A DNA stretch of 64,000 nucleotides from Eledone cirrhosa (GCA_964016885.1 OZ024746.1:6324001-6388000); one strand, 5' to 3'. Counted from the stretch's first letter, positions 28,869 to 42,822 are shown. A program made the numbers and translations. Notes: a model not told the origin generated them from the sequence alone.

Positions 28869-29230
28869 CTTCTTCTTCTTCTTCTTCTTCTTCTTCTTCT
28901 TCTTCTTCTTCTTCTTCTTCTTCTTGCGAGGATCGTGGGGCAGAGTTCTCAAACGCACCTTCCAGCGGGTCCTATCAGAAGCAACTGTCTCTAACTGATC
29001 CGACGGATTCTCCAAGTGAGACCAGCCAAGCTCATGGATGTTATCCAACCATCTTTCTCGGGGTCAACTCCTGGGTCTCTTATCAGTTGGTTTTGTCCGT
29101 AAAATCTGTCCAGAGATACTTTCCTGAGACATTCTAACCACGTGTTAATAGTATCGGAGCTGTGATCTCTAAATTCGGAGAAGCGGTGGCTCTACTTGGA
29201 GTCACTCTCTCATCTCGGAGCTACACATTC
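28869..29230 (-). mobile_element. RTE-clade LINE 3' fragment with (GAA)n tail
   Basis: DNIHELGWSHL..VASDRTRWK C-terminus running into (GAA)n. Confidence 0.75.
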
Positions 29231-29522
29231 TATCGAGTAATGTTACTCCAGAGACCCTTCTGGGGTATCCCATTTCCGCCGTTTGTATTAACGATCGGAT
29301 TCTTTCGGTCATTACCCAAGGTTCACGGTTTTTCTCTTGTCAGATTATTCCTTTCTTTTCTTTAGATAACAATGTTTGTCGATTTATACCATACTTGTAG
29401 ATAATAGCTGTTTAAATAGATCTGCTGGTTCAGATTTGCTGTTCCACGCAGCAACTCTATTGAAATACACAACACTCACGGATAAACATTACAAGATAAC
29501 AGAAGAAATTATTTTCTACATG

Positions 29523-29639
<117 letters not shown>

Positions 29640-30621
29640 CCTGACTCATACACTGTTCCCTTTCCTGACATTTATACATTATTCTATATACTATATATGC
29701 ATATTTGATGAGTTGTAGTACACCTGAGCTCTGTACACAATTTTTTTCATTATTACACACACACGCAAAACCATTTTGTCTACTTTTAAAGATTATTTTA
29801 TTTGATAACAATTTTCTATATTTATATTTTTGCGCAGCAAACTAATTAGATTAGCTTTTATTTTTTAGAAATTTATCATATATATGTTGTGTATATTTTA
29901 TAGGTAATGACTAACTTAAAAATAGGGTAAAGTAATATCAAATACGAAGTGGATAGAACCATTTAGATGTTATTACACGTTTCAGTATTACCAGGTTTTT
30001 ATTTCTACAAAAATTGGTTGTAAGTAAAGAGTGACATTTTCATATGTTAATGTTTTTTATATTTATTAGGTGGCATCATGCCACCACCTTTTAAAATTCG
30101 TAGCTAAAGGCTTTCAAATGTTTATTTGTAAACATACAGTATAATAACTGATATGCAAATTTACATGTTTATATGAAAATTTGTATATCAGCAATGTTGG
30201 GGCGAAGACCTTAATTCTATTTCTTGTTCAGGCCGAGCCAGCCTACAGATCCGTATGCAAATCAGGCTAATCAGCTCATATACATAGGCAACAAAACTAT
30301 ATGTTTGCGCCTATACTGTGTTTCAGCTGAAAGCGATGTAAAGGGGAGCATTACCTTGATAAGGATCATCAATCAGAAACGGCCGTCGTTAATTTCCTCC
30401 TTGTTTCTGCTGGAACTAGCTAGGTGGCACCCTACCGCCAGCTTACAAAATTCATAGCTAAAGGCTTTCAAATGTTTATTCGTAAACAAATCGTATATTA
30501 TTGGATATAGAAAACACTTATTTATTTACAGCTGGAGCGAACACCTTAATTCTATTTATTAGAAACACAATCATAAGAAACATCAGCTTAAGTTATACAT
30601 ATGAAAGTCTCAAAATATAAT

Positions 30622-30800
30622 TGTTTCTACTTTTGGCACAAGGCCAGCAATACCCAGTGTATTACTGGTACTTTATTTTATCGACCCCGTAAGGATGAAA
30701 GGCAAAGTTAACATCGGCGGGATTTGAACTCAGAATGGCAAGGGCTGTAACTCTATGCGTCAAAGCATGCGACCCTCTACCGATACTGCCAATCCACCAC
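30622..30800 (-). mobile_element. SINE family A with TSD
   Basis: TSD tcaaaatataatt on both sides. Confidence 0.9.
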
Positions 30801-30915
30801 CGTATCAAAATATAATTACAACCATTTGCATTCTAAGCTATTTTCCGAAGTAAGCTATTTTCCATGACATTAACAATGTCACTTATTTACGGTAGGGTTA
30901 ATTGTAGGTCGGGCC

Positions 30916-30947
30916 TATAAATGGCCGAGAGACGGTGTTTTTCATTA
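30916..30947 (+). promoter_or_regulatory. Candidate TATA box plus Inr core promoter
   Basis: TATAAA at 30916 in GC flanks, TCATT at 30942 (A is 28 nt downstream of the TATA start). Confidence 0.4.
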
Positions 30948-31133
30948 AATACTGAAAAAATCTCTCCAGTAGTCTCTCCTGGAATTTTTTTTTCTTTTTA
31001 CTATTTTTTAAACAAACTGAAATATTAAACGATCTAATAGATTACAAAGAGATGACGTCTAAAAACATCTGACTGCTAAAATGACAAGTCAGTAAATCAT
31101 ATTGGTGGCCTCCCCACAGCCCCGGCGGACAGG

Positions 31134-31226
31134 ATGGAGAAGGCGTTTCTCCGGAGGACGCGCTGGAAAAACCATTCCAGCTCGCGAGGCTCACACCTGC
31201 TGCTGGCCAGCTCAGCGCCTATGGTG
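31134..31226 (+). CDS. Candidate first coding exon of a host gene, MEKAFLRRTRWKNHSSSRGSHLLLASSAPMV
   Basis: Locally GC/CpG-rich unique sequence, aggATGg Kozak context, consensus G|GTGAGT donor at 31227 (phase 0); an alternative acceptor at 31119 and another open frame exist. Confidence 0.45.
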
Positions 31227-31393
31227 GTGAGTATCGCTCTGTAAATCCCAGATCAAATCAATTTTAATTACAGATTGGTGTGATTCCTACATTTGGACAC
31301 TAATTGTCTGATATAATTGCCATATTAATCCTACCTATCGACTTCTATATACATGTTTTAAAAGCTTTATAGTTATATATTGTGGGTATTTAA

Positions 31394-31659
31394 CAGGGCT
31401 GGATATAGAGCTTGGGGAGCCCAGGGCACTTCAGGTTGCGGGTGGGGCTCATACACCAAAACATAGAATACAAAGCAAACTTCCAATTTTACATATCAAA
31501 GTCGACTTGGCGCAAGTAATAGGAAGGGAAAGGTTATACATATATAAACTCAATTCAAAAACAAATGTAACCATCATCTTTTTAAACCCGCTTTCCACAC
31601 TGGTATGTGTGGACGGGTTGTCACAATTGCCCCTTTGCCCTCATTAAATCCGGTCCCTG
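31394..31659. mobile_element. hAT-type MITE
   Basis: Imperfect TIRs cagggctggat / atccggtccctg; imperfect 8-bp TSD gtatttaa/atatttag. Confidence 0.6.
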
Positions 31660-32029
31660 ATATTTAGATAACCATCCCACTATATTGAAGGTTTGTTATC
31701 GTCATCGTTGTCTGTTTCTAGCAAATGAACAGACTTCAAATTATTCCATTCTACAAATAGCTATTATAAAACTTTACACTTTCGTATTATTAAAAGCAAA
31801 GTATTATAAACTTGTCCAGCACTTCTTAAGTTTATCTGAAGTCTAAAAATCATACGAGAAAATATGAAAATAAAATATTGAGTGATATCTCACCGAAGAT
31901 ATCCTTCAGAAGATATTCCTAAGCAATGTCATACTTTATAATCTTTGATATTCTGAAAATATATTTTCTAGTAGACACTTCAATGAAAAATAACATTTTA
32001 ATACAGTATATATATATATATATATATAT

Positions 32030-32142
32030 AACGAGAGAAGTGTGGTAAGGAACCAGGTGGACCATAACGCACCAGAGTACTCGATACTTTGGGTAGTAGA
32101 GTGGGTAATAGAAAAAGGTTCAGGACCCCGACTCTTTTCCTA
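32030..32142 (-). mobile_element. Collapsed copy of the Naiad-1 fold-back family
   Basis: Reverse-complement tail plus both arm bases, hairpin centre deleted; TA flanks. Confidence 0.75.
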
Positions 32143-32879
32143 TATATATATCACTCCGTGGGTTACGGCGATGAGTGTTCCTGTTGATCCAATCAGTGGA
32201 ATAGCCTGCTTGTTAAAATGAACGTGCAAGTGACTGAGAATTCTACTGACAAGCGTACACTTAATGTAGTTCTCAGGGAGATTCAGCGTGACACAGAATG
32301 TGAAAAGGCTGGCTCTTCGAATTACAGGTAAAACTCATATTTGCCAGCTGAGTGTTCTGGAGCAACATGAAATAAAGTGTCTTCCTGAAGGGCACAACAC
32401 GCCACCGGAATCAAACTCACTATCTTACGCTTGTAAGCCAAAGACCCTAACCACAAAGACACGCACCTTCACAATATTTTAGTCTTCCGCTACAGGCCAC
32501 AAATCATACAGTAAATTACTGTATTTTAGTTATTCATAAGTCAACTGAACTTCGTTTGAAAAAATGATGACATTGTCTTTCAGTTTGAAGAATCTGATGT
32601 AAGAGAAATTCTTAGGGGGTCTATAGAATTCATTTTTTAGGTCAATAAATTTTATCTTGCCTCAGTTGATAAGAAAGTAAATTTGAACTAGAAAATGTAG
32701 ACATAGTTCTGTTTCTATAGGAACCTGGCTGGCATCTGTCACCGTCTTGAAGAAGCCATAAACCTCCTATTATTTTTGTCATGCTACAGAAAGAGAGAGA
32801 GAGACAGAGACAAACAGACACACACACACACAAACAAATACGTACGCACAAACATATATATATATTTATATATATGCAG

Positions 32880-33418
32880 AGGTTATATTTAATTTGTTGG
32901 GATTCAACAAGCTTGACATTTTTTTTTATAACTGATATAAAGCACTCAACAGTCCAGTGGAGTAAATACACAATATATTAATTGTTTCTACTTTAGGCAC
33001 AAGGCCAGCAATTACCCAGTTCATTACTGGTACTTTATTTTATCGACCCCGTAAGGATGAAAGGCAAAGTCAACCTCGGCGGGATTTGAACTCAGGTCGT
33101 AAAGGGACGTAACTATGCTGGAAAGCATGGCGTCCGACCCTCTACCGATACCGCCAATCCACAATATATTAATAAATGGAAACTATATTTATAAAACCAT
33201 ATTTATTTTATTATACATATTACAAGGGCAACCAAGGCAAATTATGGTGCGCTTTCATCAGATAAAATACTTTCCGGGTATGTCAATATTTATTTATAAA
33301 ACAAATCTGTATTTTATCCGATGAAAGCGCACCATAACTTGCCTTAATTGCCCTTGAAATATATATAATAAAATAAATATGGTTTTATAAATATAGTTTC
33401 CATTTATTAATATATTGT
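32880..33418. mobile_element. Fold-back element (Naiad-2 end family) with two HHR copies and a nested SINE
   Basis: Arms 33161-33270 / 33309-33418; homologous to 41936-42035 and 54735-54915. Confidence 0.85.
32983..33159 (-). mobile_element. SINE family A nested in the fold-back element
   Basis: TSD cacaatatattaat at 32969-32982 and 33160-33173. Confidence 0.9.
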
Positions 33419-34067
33419 ATATTTATATATTGAGAGAGAAAGAAAAGGAGAGAGCGAGAGGGAGAAGAGAGAGAGACAGGGACAGAGATATATGCGTGTA
33501 TGTAAGTCGCCATAGGCACATACGAATGAACGGATTACATTTCTGCTTAAAATATTTCTGTATAGTAGGAGTCTCCCTTTGCCCACGAGTGACCCTAGCT
33601 TTGCATCTAGATTGTCTCCCTTTCCTCTCAGGCGCAAACTCAGGCAGTTGTCCTTACATATCAGTCTCCCCTTTCCACACCAGCGATGTTGTCCAAGGTG
33701 AATACAAAGACCGACACAGCTTAGCACCTATTACGTCACAACTCCTTTTCTTCAAGCAGAGTGAACTAGAACGTTCGAGGTTCATAAAAAGTACCAGTCA
33801 AATACTGGTGTCGATTCTTCCTCTATATCTCTTTCTCAGTTCCATTCTCTCATTCTCTCTATCCTTACCTGGAAGATATCTGCTGTATTTACACCTGGAG
33901 AGGAGATGGTTCCGCCAGGCTTAAATTGCCCAAGAAACGCCGTATGTCAATATGGCGCCTTACCACTCTCTCGGGAGTTACGGGACTATGCTTTCATGCA
34001 TTTCACTTATAGGAAATTAAAACTAGGGACCTAATCACTGAAATAGAATAGATGGCAACTGCCATAC

Positions 34068-34252
34068 TTGTTTCTACTTTTGGCACAAGGCCAACAATTA
34101 TCTCAGTGTATTGCTGGTACTTTATTTTATCGACCCCATAAGGATGAAAGGCAAAGTTAACCTCGGCGGGATTTGAACTCAGAATGGCAAGAGCCGTAAC
34201 TGTCTGCTGCAGAGCATGGCGTCCGACCCTTTACCGATACTGCCAATCCACC
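34068..34252 (-). mobile_element. SINE family A with TSD
   Basis: TSD ggcaactgccata. Confidence 0.9.
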
Positions 34253-34874
34253 GGCAACTGCCATAATGGGAAAATATTCGAATTGCACGACTGGCCATAG
34301 CATGTGAAGGATATCGTTCTTAATGGTATACCCAGCTCACGACGCGAACACTCGAAAACAGATCGTACCAAGACGAAAATTAAAAAAGAAAAAGCCGGAA
34401 TTTCCACAGGACCCGAGTCTAAATTACAATGGACTGCTCTAGTCTTAGAAAGTAAAGAAACATGAATTATATCCAATATTATTCACTCGTTTTTTTCTCT
34501 CTCACCTTTTTTTTTTCTTTTTTTTTTTCGGTCTTTCTGCCCACTATGAAAACATGCAAGTCTATTCTTCGTTATTTTAAATCGAACATCATGACTGCAA
34601 TATATCCAATCGCTTTCTTCTTCTTCTTCTTCTTCTTCCGTTCCCATACTCTGTCTCCGTCTACCTGGTTTAGACAGAAATCTATAACTTGCATATAAGA
34701 AATTGTGTATCTGTTACTTTATACGAATGACGTATAGAGTTGGAAGAAAGACTAAACTTGTTTGCAGATGTAGATATAGAGCGAAAACGCAATAGCATAA
34801 ATTTAATTGAATGAACATATTTTGAATTATAGTAGGAAAGAAACAGAAATATACATTCTTCTCATTTCACTCAC

Positions 34875-34947
<73 letters not shown>

Positions 34948-35175
34948 CTCGCTCTCTCTCAGTACTCACTCTTTTTTCTCTCTCTCCTCTCCCTCACTTT
35001 CTCTACCCCCCCCCTCTCTCTTACACGATGAAACATTGGGTATCCAAACAACGAACTACTTTTTCATGAAATATATTTACTTTTTACGTCCCAACGTGTT
35101 TTGTTCTGCTCAACCTATCTATTGTATTAACCGAAAAATATTCTATAGCAAATGGTAATCCATTTTGTTACGAAT

Positions 35176-35265
<90 letters not shown>

Positions 35266-36420
35266 AATTGAACGAACACAAGCTATTGACGAGTTGATTT
35301 AAGAGCAACGTAGAAAAAGAATAAAAAAACAGAGAAAACTTCGGAATGTTGAAAGCATTTTAAACAGACACACAATAGTTTAATGTTCACAGAAGTGGAT
35401 GAAAACTGCTGGGTATCAGGAGTGATTGCCAACATAGAAGCTATGGCTTCGGTTTTTGTCATATGTATTTTCATTTTGTTCCTATATTAAAGAGAAAGTC
35501 GTACAAGGCATTGTAAGAAGGTAAAAGCAGCGAGATATATTGTTTCTAACGTAAGAATATTAAAATGTATCATTTGGAAATCTCTATAAATATTGTTGCA
35601 ATCTTCTCTTACGATACATTAAAATGCACCATTTGGAAATCTCTATAAATGTGTTACACGCTGCAATCTTCTCCTAACATTTTCTAAAGATCAGAGTTAC
35701 ATCTCAAAATGGATTAAAGTCTTTTCCAAAAAACGTAAAATCTTATTGTATATTATAGAGATGTCAGATTGGCATAAAATAGGGCTTATTACTACTGACA
35801 TAACCAGGCAATGAGAGATCTTAGCTATAAACATATTGGTAATAAAGAACAATAAAATAATTTATTGAATAAACAGGGAGTTGCTCAGAGACCGCGTGTT
35901 AATTTTTTTCTTCTATAAATCTTGCAGATTATAAACCCTTTTCAATGATTTGCATTTCCAATAAGACTAGAGTTCCCCATTGGTAAGAAACCTTGAGGAG
36001 AGCTGGACAGCAGGTCTTCAGAAAAGAAACCCCACTCAAGCGAGAGTTTCAACTCTTAACTCCTTACACTCTAAAGGAGCCTGGCCGCATCCAAATCATG
36101 ACTCCTGTGTGCTCTGGAGTCAGGACCTGGATGCAAGGATTTACATATCATATAACACTAGACTTCACAAAACATTATGTGATGTGAAAATGTACTGATT
36201 GCAGGAGATATATTAGGAAGAGACTAATTGAAATAAATCGAGAAATATTAACATTTGAAAGTAGAACAAGATCAGGTGTTAAGTGCAGGTTATAGAGTTT
36301 AGCTTTTACAATAAATACTTGATTGCTTAAGAATTGAATTGTTAAGCCAGAAGAATAACACAAGTACACGAAGACGTAAAAAGCATTTCTACTTGTCTAC
36401 AGTTATTATTGTAATATATA

Positions 36421-36528
36421 TCAAATCCCGCCGAGGTTAACTTTGCCTTTCATCCGTACGGGGTCGATAAAATAAAGTACCAGTAATGTACTGGGTAATT
36501 GTGGCCTTGTGCCAAAAGTAGAAACAAT
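36421..36528 (+). mobile_element. 5'-truncated SINE family A with TSD
   Basis: TSD ttattgtaatatata. Confidence 0.85.
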
Positions 36529-37394
36529 TATTGTAATATATATCTTTAATTGTATATTAGCGATCTCACACACACACATAATCACACACACATACACAGA
36601 CACAGGCACACGCACACACACACAATCACACACACATACACAGACACAGGCACACGCACACACACATACATACATATATACATATCTGTGTATTTGTGTC
36701 CTTTCGTGTATGTCTGTGTATGTGTGTGTACATGTGTCTGTGTGAATGTGTACAGGAGCTGGCTGCTTTCATTTTACACACTGCTCTGTATTAGTCCAAG
36801 ATACATACACTGATATATATATATATGATAGATGTAAGCTGATCATATATCTCATATATCTCAAATCTGATGCACATTCTTTCAGATAAAATTGTTACAT
36901 AATGCTATGAAGTGAATAAGTTACGCAAATGTACATTGTCTTTACAACGGCATGAGGAATTGTAATTCCTTATATTTTATAAATATTATTCAAAACATGA
37001 TGCAAGTTGTGTTTCTCTGAATATAACTGTATACAGAATGAAAAGTATGATTTAGAATTCAGATGTTGTGACACCAAGATATGTATTTACATTATTAGTT
37101 GATATATTATGTAGAATATTGTCTTCTTCAATGTTCAGTGACAGTATCTATAATAAATGTTTATAACGAACAGTTAAAAAATAACACGGGCGACAGCTGC
37201 ATCGTATCATATTAAACCTACACTGACTCTATAAACAGAGCCTCAAAAATATCTCTAATGGAGTCATATCGCCCTTGTCTCCTTCAGCAGTCCAAATATC
37301 AAATTATTGCAAATATCAAGACAACAATACTGGACGCCATCAACTAAAACATGTGCAGCATGCAAATATAAACCTGAATATGGCAACAAACACC

Positions 37395-39220
37395 ACCAGC
37401 CCTCCCCACCACCGAGTGGTCTCATACCAGAGCTCCCCACCACCGAGGGGTCTCATACCAGACCTCCCCACCACTGAGGCGTCTCATACCAGACCTCCCC
37501 GCCCACCGAGTGGTCTCATACCAGACCTCCCACCACCGAGGGGTCTCATACCAGACCTCCCCGCCCACCGAGTGGTCTCATACCAGACCTCCCACCACCG
37601 AGGGGTCTCATACCAGACTTCCCCACCACCGAGGGGTCTCATACCAGACCTCCCACCACCGAGAGGTCTCATACCAGACCTCCCACCACCGAGGGGTCTC
37701 ATACCAGACTTCCCCACCACCGAGGGGTCTCATACCAGACCTCCCACCACCGAGGGGTCTCATACCAGACCTCCCCACCACCGAGGGGTCTCATACCAGA
37801 CCTCCCACCACCGAGGGGTCTCATACCAGACCTCCCCACCACCGAGGGGTCTCATACCAGACCTCCCCACCACCGAGGGGTCTCATACCAGACTTCCCCA
37901 CCACCGAGGGGTCTCATACCAGACCTCCCACCACCGAGGGGTCTCATACCAGACCTCCCACCACCGAGGGGTCTCATACCAGACCTCCCACCACCGAGGG
38001 GTCTCATACCAGACCTCCCCACCACCGAGGGGTCTCATACCAGACCTCCCACCACCGAGGGGTCTCATACCAGACCTCCGACCACTGAGGCGTCTCATAC
38101 CAGACCTCCCACCACCGAGGGGTCTCATACCAGACCTCCCCACCACCGAGGGGTCTCATACCAGACCTCCCCACCACCGAGGGGTCTCATACCAGACCTC
38201 CCACCACCGAGGGGTCTCATACCAGACCTCCCACCACCGAGGGGTCTCATACCAGACCTCCCCACCACCGAGGGGTCTCATACCAGACCTCCCACCACCG
38301 AGGGGTCTCATACCAGACCTCCCCACCACCGAGGGGTCTCATACCAGACCTCCCCACCACCGAGGGGTCTCATACCAGACTTCCCCACCACCGAGGGGTC
38401 TCATACCAGACCTCCCACCACCGAGGGGTCTCATACCAGACCTCCCACCACCGAGGGGTCTCATACCAGACCTCCCACCACCGAGGGGTCTCATACCAGA
38501 CCTCCCACCACCGAGGGGTCTCATACCAGACCTCCCACCACCGAGGGGTCTCATACCAGACCTCCCCACCACCGAGGGGTCTCATACCAGACCTCCCCAC
38601 CACCGAGGGGTCTCATACCAGACCTCCGACCACTGAGGCGTCTCATACCAGACCTCCGACCACTGAGGCGTCTCATACCAGACCTCCCACCACCGAGGGG
38701 TCTCATACCAGACCTCCCACCACCGAGGGGTCTCATACCAGACCTCCCCACCACCGAGGGGTCTCATACCAGACCTCCGACCACTGAGGCGTCTCATACC
38801 AGACCTCCGACCACTGAGGCGTCTCATACCAGACCTCCCACCACCGAGGGGTCTCATACCAGACCTCCCACCACCGAGGGGTCTCATACCAGACCTCCCA
38901 CCACCGAGGGGTCTCATACCAGACCTCCCCACCACCGAGGGGTCTCATACCAGACCTCCGACCACTGAGGCGTCTCATACCAGACCTCCCACCACCGAGG
39001 GGTCTCATACCAGACCTCCCACCACCGAGAGGTCTCATACCAGACCTCCCACCACTGAGGGGTCTCATATCAGACCTCCCCACCACCAAGGAGTCTCATA
39101 CCAGACCTCCCCCACCGAATGGTCTCATCCCAGACCTTCCCATCACCAAGGGGTCTCATACCAGACCTCGCCAGCACCAAGGAGTCTCATACCAGACCTC
39201 CCCATCACGTAGGGGTCTCA
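37395..39220. repeat. GC-rich 30/31-bp minisatellite, ~60 units
   Basis: Unit cctcccaccaccgaggggtctcataccaga with C-run length variants and a recurring cctccgaccactgaggcg variant. Confidence 0.95.
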
Positions 39221-39873
39221 TATGACGATCACACTAATCCTCAACAAATCAAAGACTAACAACAAAAATATTGATCTTCATGACAGAATGAGAAAATCCT
39301 TATTGTACCAACAACTAGATTCACGAAGCTCAAGTGAGAGACCGAGGGAAGTACTGCCTCCACATCTGGAACAGTGCATGCAGCATACAAGTTATATTGC
39401 ATGAAAAGACCAGCGAATATAATCGGTAAGACATTGAATGGATACCAGCTCTCTCAATCTTCTGTTCCAGACATCACCTTTTCTCTCCTCACTTAATCGT
39501 TTTTACCACTACTAGTGTAATGTCTGATTCTGGGAGCTTGATTATCTCATGTGACCTTTGCTCAGCCACTTCTTATGCAATCGCCTTACATTTTGTTACA
39601 TTTATTCTTGCATATTGTCAGCACACAAACCATTCCACCCAGTCATCCCTCCTTAAAACTTAAATACTCTCAAAATCTCTCCTTGATCATGTTTATCATG
39701 CAATTATCTACTTACAGCTCTTAAAGAGAAACGTGAACCATATAATTATTCTCCCAGAGGCCTGCAAAGAATATCAGAATATCCCCTTCCTCCAGTTCAA
39801 ATCAGAAACTAAAAAACGACGTTGTATCCGACTAGTTTACAGTTAGGCGGTGAATTGGCAGAGTCGTGAGGAT

Positions 39874-39940
<67 letters not shown>

Positions 39941-40767
39941 AGAGAGTGTAACTTGGAGTTACTGTAGGTTCACCCAGGTGAGCACTCGATGTTTAGGTTC
40001 ACTTCAGTGTCGAGGTGTATTATAGTGAAATAAAATAATAAGGACGATTGGTTACTCCTTCATTACGTTTATTGGTACAACTTCGTAAAATGTAACTGTA
40101 GAATTAAATCAAACTACCCTTTACAAAATAAGTGTTTAGATAAAAACATAGGTTATAAATGTACAGTTAAAACTAGTGATAATATATTCAACTATCTTGG
40201 TGCCACTTCTACAGAATTTAAATTTCGCTGGAATAACCACAATTGTTCTTTTAGAAGATCTGACAAAAAATATTCTACTACCCTCTCACATCTTATATGG
40301 AATTTAAAAACCAGGAATATAGACTAATCATTATCTTAGAAAACGATTTTGAAAGCACCTGCTTACCGAAACACGGCCTTATCAAGATTCTGTAAATTAT
40401 GTATTGAAGAAATATTTTATATAATTAATTGTAAAAACTATTAATCTTAGAACAGAAATATTTAGTTGTTGCAAACATCGCCAAAATTCTACATTCAGAA
40501 CTATATGTAAATTATAATATACTTATAATATTCCTATTAATCTCCAAAATGATTTTATCTGCTCTAACATTTTATATTTTTAATACTTTAATATTTTAAT
40601 ACCTCTAAATCATAATATCTTTAAAATTTCTTATAATATATATATGTGTGTATGTATAGATATTTATTTATATATATTTATGTACTTCTACATTATGTAC
40701 TTCTATATAATTCTAATTTTAATTCTTTTAATTCTTTAAATTCTTTAATTCTTTTTTCTTAATTTTT

Positions 40768-40915
40768 TTATTTTTCTAATGACACCCCCTAAAGCTTTAT
40801 TTTTCTAATGACACCCTCTAAAGCTTTATTTTTCTAATGACACCCTCTAAAGCTTTATTTTTCTAATGACACCCTCTAAAGCTTTATTTTTCTAATGACA
40901 CCCTCTCAAGCTAAT
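40768..40915. repeat. 29-bp tandem repeat x5 inside the PLE 3' UTR
   Basis: tttatttttctaatgacaccctctaaagc. Confidence 0.9.
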
Positions 40916-41935
40916 TTTTAAATGTACATTAATAACCATTAACTGTTTTTAGTAAATTATATCCTATTCATGGTGGTGTTTAATTATTCATATTTCTTTA
41001 GAATAAATAATTAATCCCACACGAGCGATTAATAAAAGAATGGAGTTATCTTTCCTTCTTTCAATCATAAAAACTGTTTATACATAACTCCGTTTAACAT
41101 TATAAATTGTAACTACCTATTTAACATTATAAATTGTAATTACCTATTTATTTACATAAAATCAACATCCCTAGTAATCTATATTAGGTACAAACACCTA
41201 TTTATTTTACTTATTTATAAATCAACATCCCTCGTAACTCATATTATAAACAAACTATCCTTTAAAAAAACCACATATGCTATTATTAAAATACATATAT
41301 AGATATTTATATTTTATTATAATAAGATAAATAATTCTCCATATAGATAAATGTCTAAATATATTTTCCCTAAATTAACGTTCAAGTGGTCTTCCTTTTC
41401 CTTTTTCTTTTTTCTTTAACAATTTTAGTTTGGTAATTTATATAGCTTCGTTAAATTAACAATATTCTGAAAACATTCTCAATGTTGAACATTTTTAAAT
41501 CCACAAATTATTCTAATCTCACAACTTGAAAATAAAATTTTCAACATCCTTCGTAAACAATCAATGCATACGCAAATTATTAATATACATAGAGATATTT
41601 ATATACATATAACCTATCCTAATGTAATAAGATGAAAATACTTACAACCATAATTCTTCATATAATTTTTATAACTCATACTATAGGTAAAAAAATCTTT
41701 TCCCCTAAATTAACGTTATTCATTTCTCTTTCTCTTTCTCTTCTTTCCTTATCATAAATATTTAAATTTTCCATAGCGTCTAAAATAACGGGTTTTTTTC
41801 ACATCATTTGCATAATCATATTAATAATTTTAAATATCTGACTTTTCTCCTCCCTTCCCTTCACTTTCCAGGGATAATTTGAACCGTTAAGGTATATCAT
41901 CATTGGTCATGTCAAATATTTATAAAACATTTTGT

Positions 41936-41995
41936 GTTTTATCTGATGATAGCGTACCAAACTTTTTGGTACCCTTGAAATATATATAATAGAAT
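41936..41995 (+). ncRNA. Type I hammerhead ribozyme
   Basis: gttttat-CTGATGA-tagcGTACCAAA ctt TTTGGTACcctt-GAAA-TATATA-TA-atagaat. Confidence 0.8.
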
Positions 41996-42042
41996 AAATA
42001 TGGTTTATAAATATAGTTTCCAATTATTTAATACCAATTGTG

Positions 42043-42114
<72 letters not shown>

Positions 42115-42115
<1 letters not shown>

Positions 42116-42460
42116 CTGATGGTAGCTAAGATGCTTCCACAGGCGGTATGCCGGTTGAGCACTCTATGTTCTTACAGAGCAGAGAATGATATAATATAAA
42201 ACAAAAAATCAGTGGTGCATCTGAACTCAATTTATTGTGTGTTACAATTGTTTCGCCGGCGGACAGCTCGAGACACGATCATTGTGTGGATCTGTCTGAT
42301 TCTGGACCCGCAGGTTCGACGGACACGTCTAATGATTGCGGGTCCAGAATCAGACAGATTCACACAATGATCGTGTCTCGAGCTGTCCGCCGGCGAAACA
42401 ATTGTAACACACAATAAATTGAGTTCAGATGCACCACTGATTTTTCGTTTTATATTATAT
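42115..42460. mobile_element. Fold-back element (family CAATTG-1)
   Basis: Near-perfect arms 42189-42312 / 42338-42460 with a ~25-nt loop; explains the mirror ORFs 42232-42417. Confidence 0.9.
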
Positions 42461-42822
42461 ATGTATGTATATATATATATATATGTATATGTGTGTATAT
42501 ATATATATATGTATATATATATACATATAAAAACAAATAACGAAACGAAATTAAATTTCGTTTCGTTTGTAACTCACTTTTGTATGACTGACGCTTAAAC
42601 AATTAAGTTAAAAATGTACATCCACATATGTATACTGAAATACTAGTATGCATATGAATACACACACGTGTACATATGTAGATGTACCGAGTTTTTCACT
42701 GGACACTTTACTGTGAGTGTCCAGCTATTCTGTATGTAAACACACAGACAAACCGGTTTTTAGAGTCATACTGGTTTTCGAGGAAACACCTTTCCTCTAT
42801 TCTCCAGAAAGCCAGACAAGGA

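Larger units (their letters stand above)
40088..42035 (+). mobile_element. Naiad-type Penelope-like element remnant 2 (GIY-YIG, long 3' UTR, HHR)
   Basis: Manual translation 40088-40517: KCNCRIKSNYPLQNKCLDKNIGYKCTVKT..YLGATSTEFKFRWNNH..SF..STTLSHLIWNLK..KAPAY..CKLCIEE..INLRTEIFSCCKHR; two stops and a frameshift; absent from the ORF track. Confidence 0.85.

Noticed and set aside
37275-38636. 453-aa Pro-rich ORF as a real gene
   Set aside because: Almost wholly minisatellite, TTG start, peptide register shifts with C-run indels
39400-39760. CR1/Jockey LINE 3' remnant
   Set aside because: Only a vague resemblance; no continuous motif could be translated
42232-42417. Pair of near-identical antiparallel ORFs
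   Set aside because: Direct consequence of the DNA palindrome
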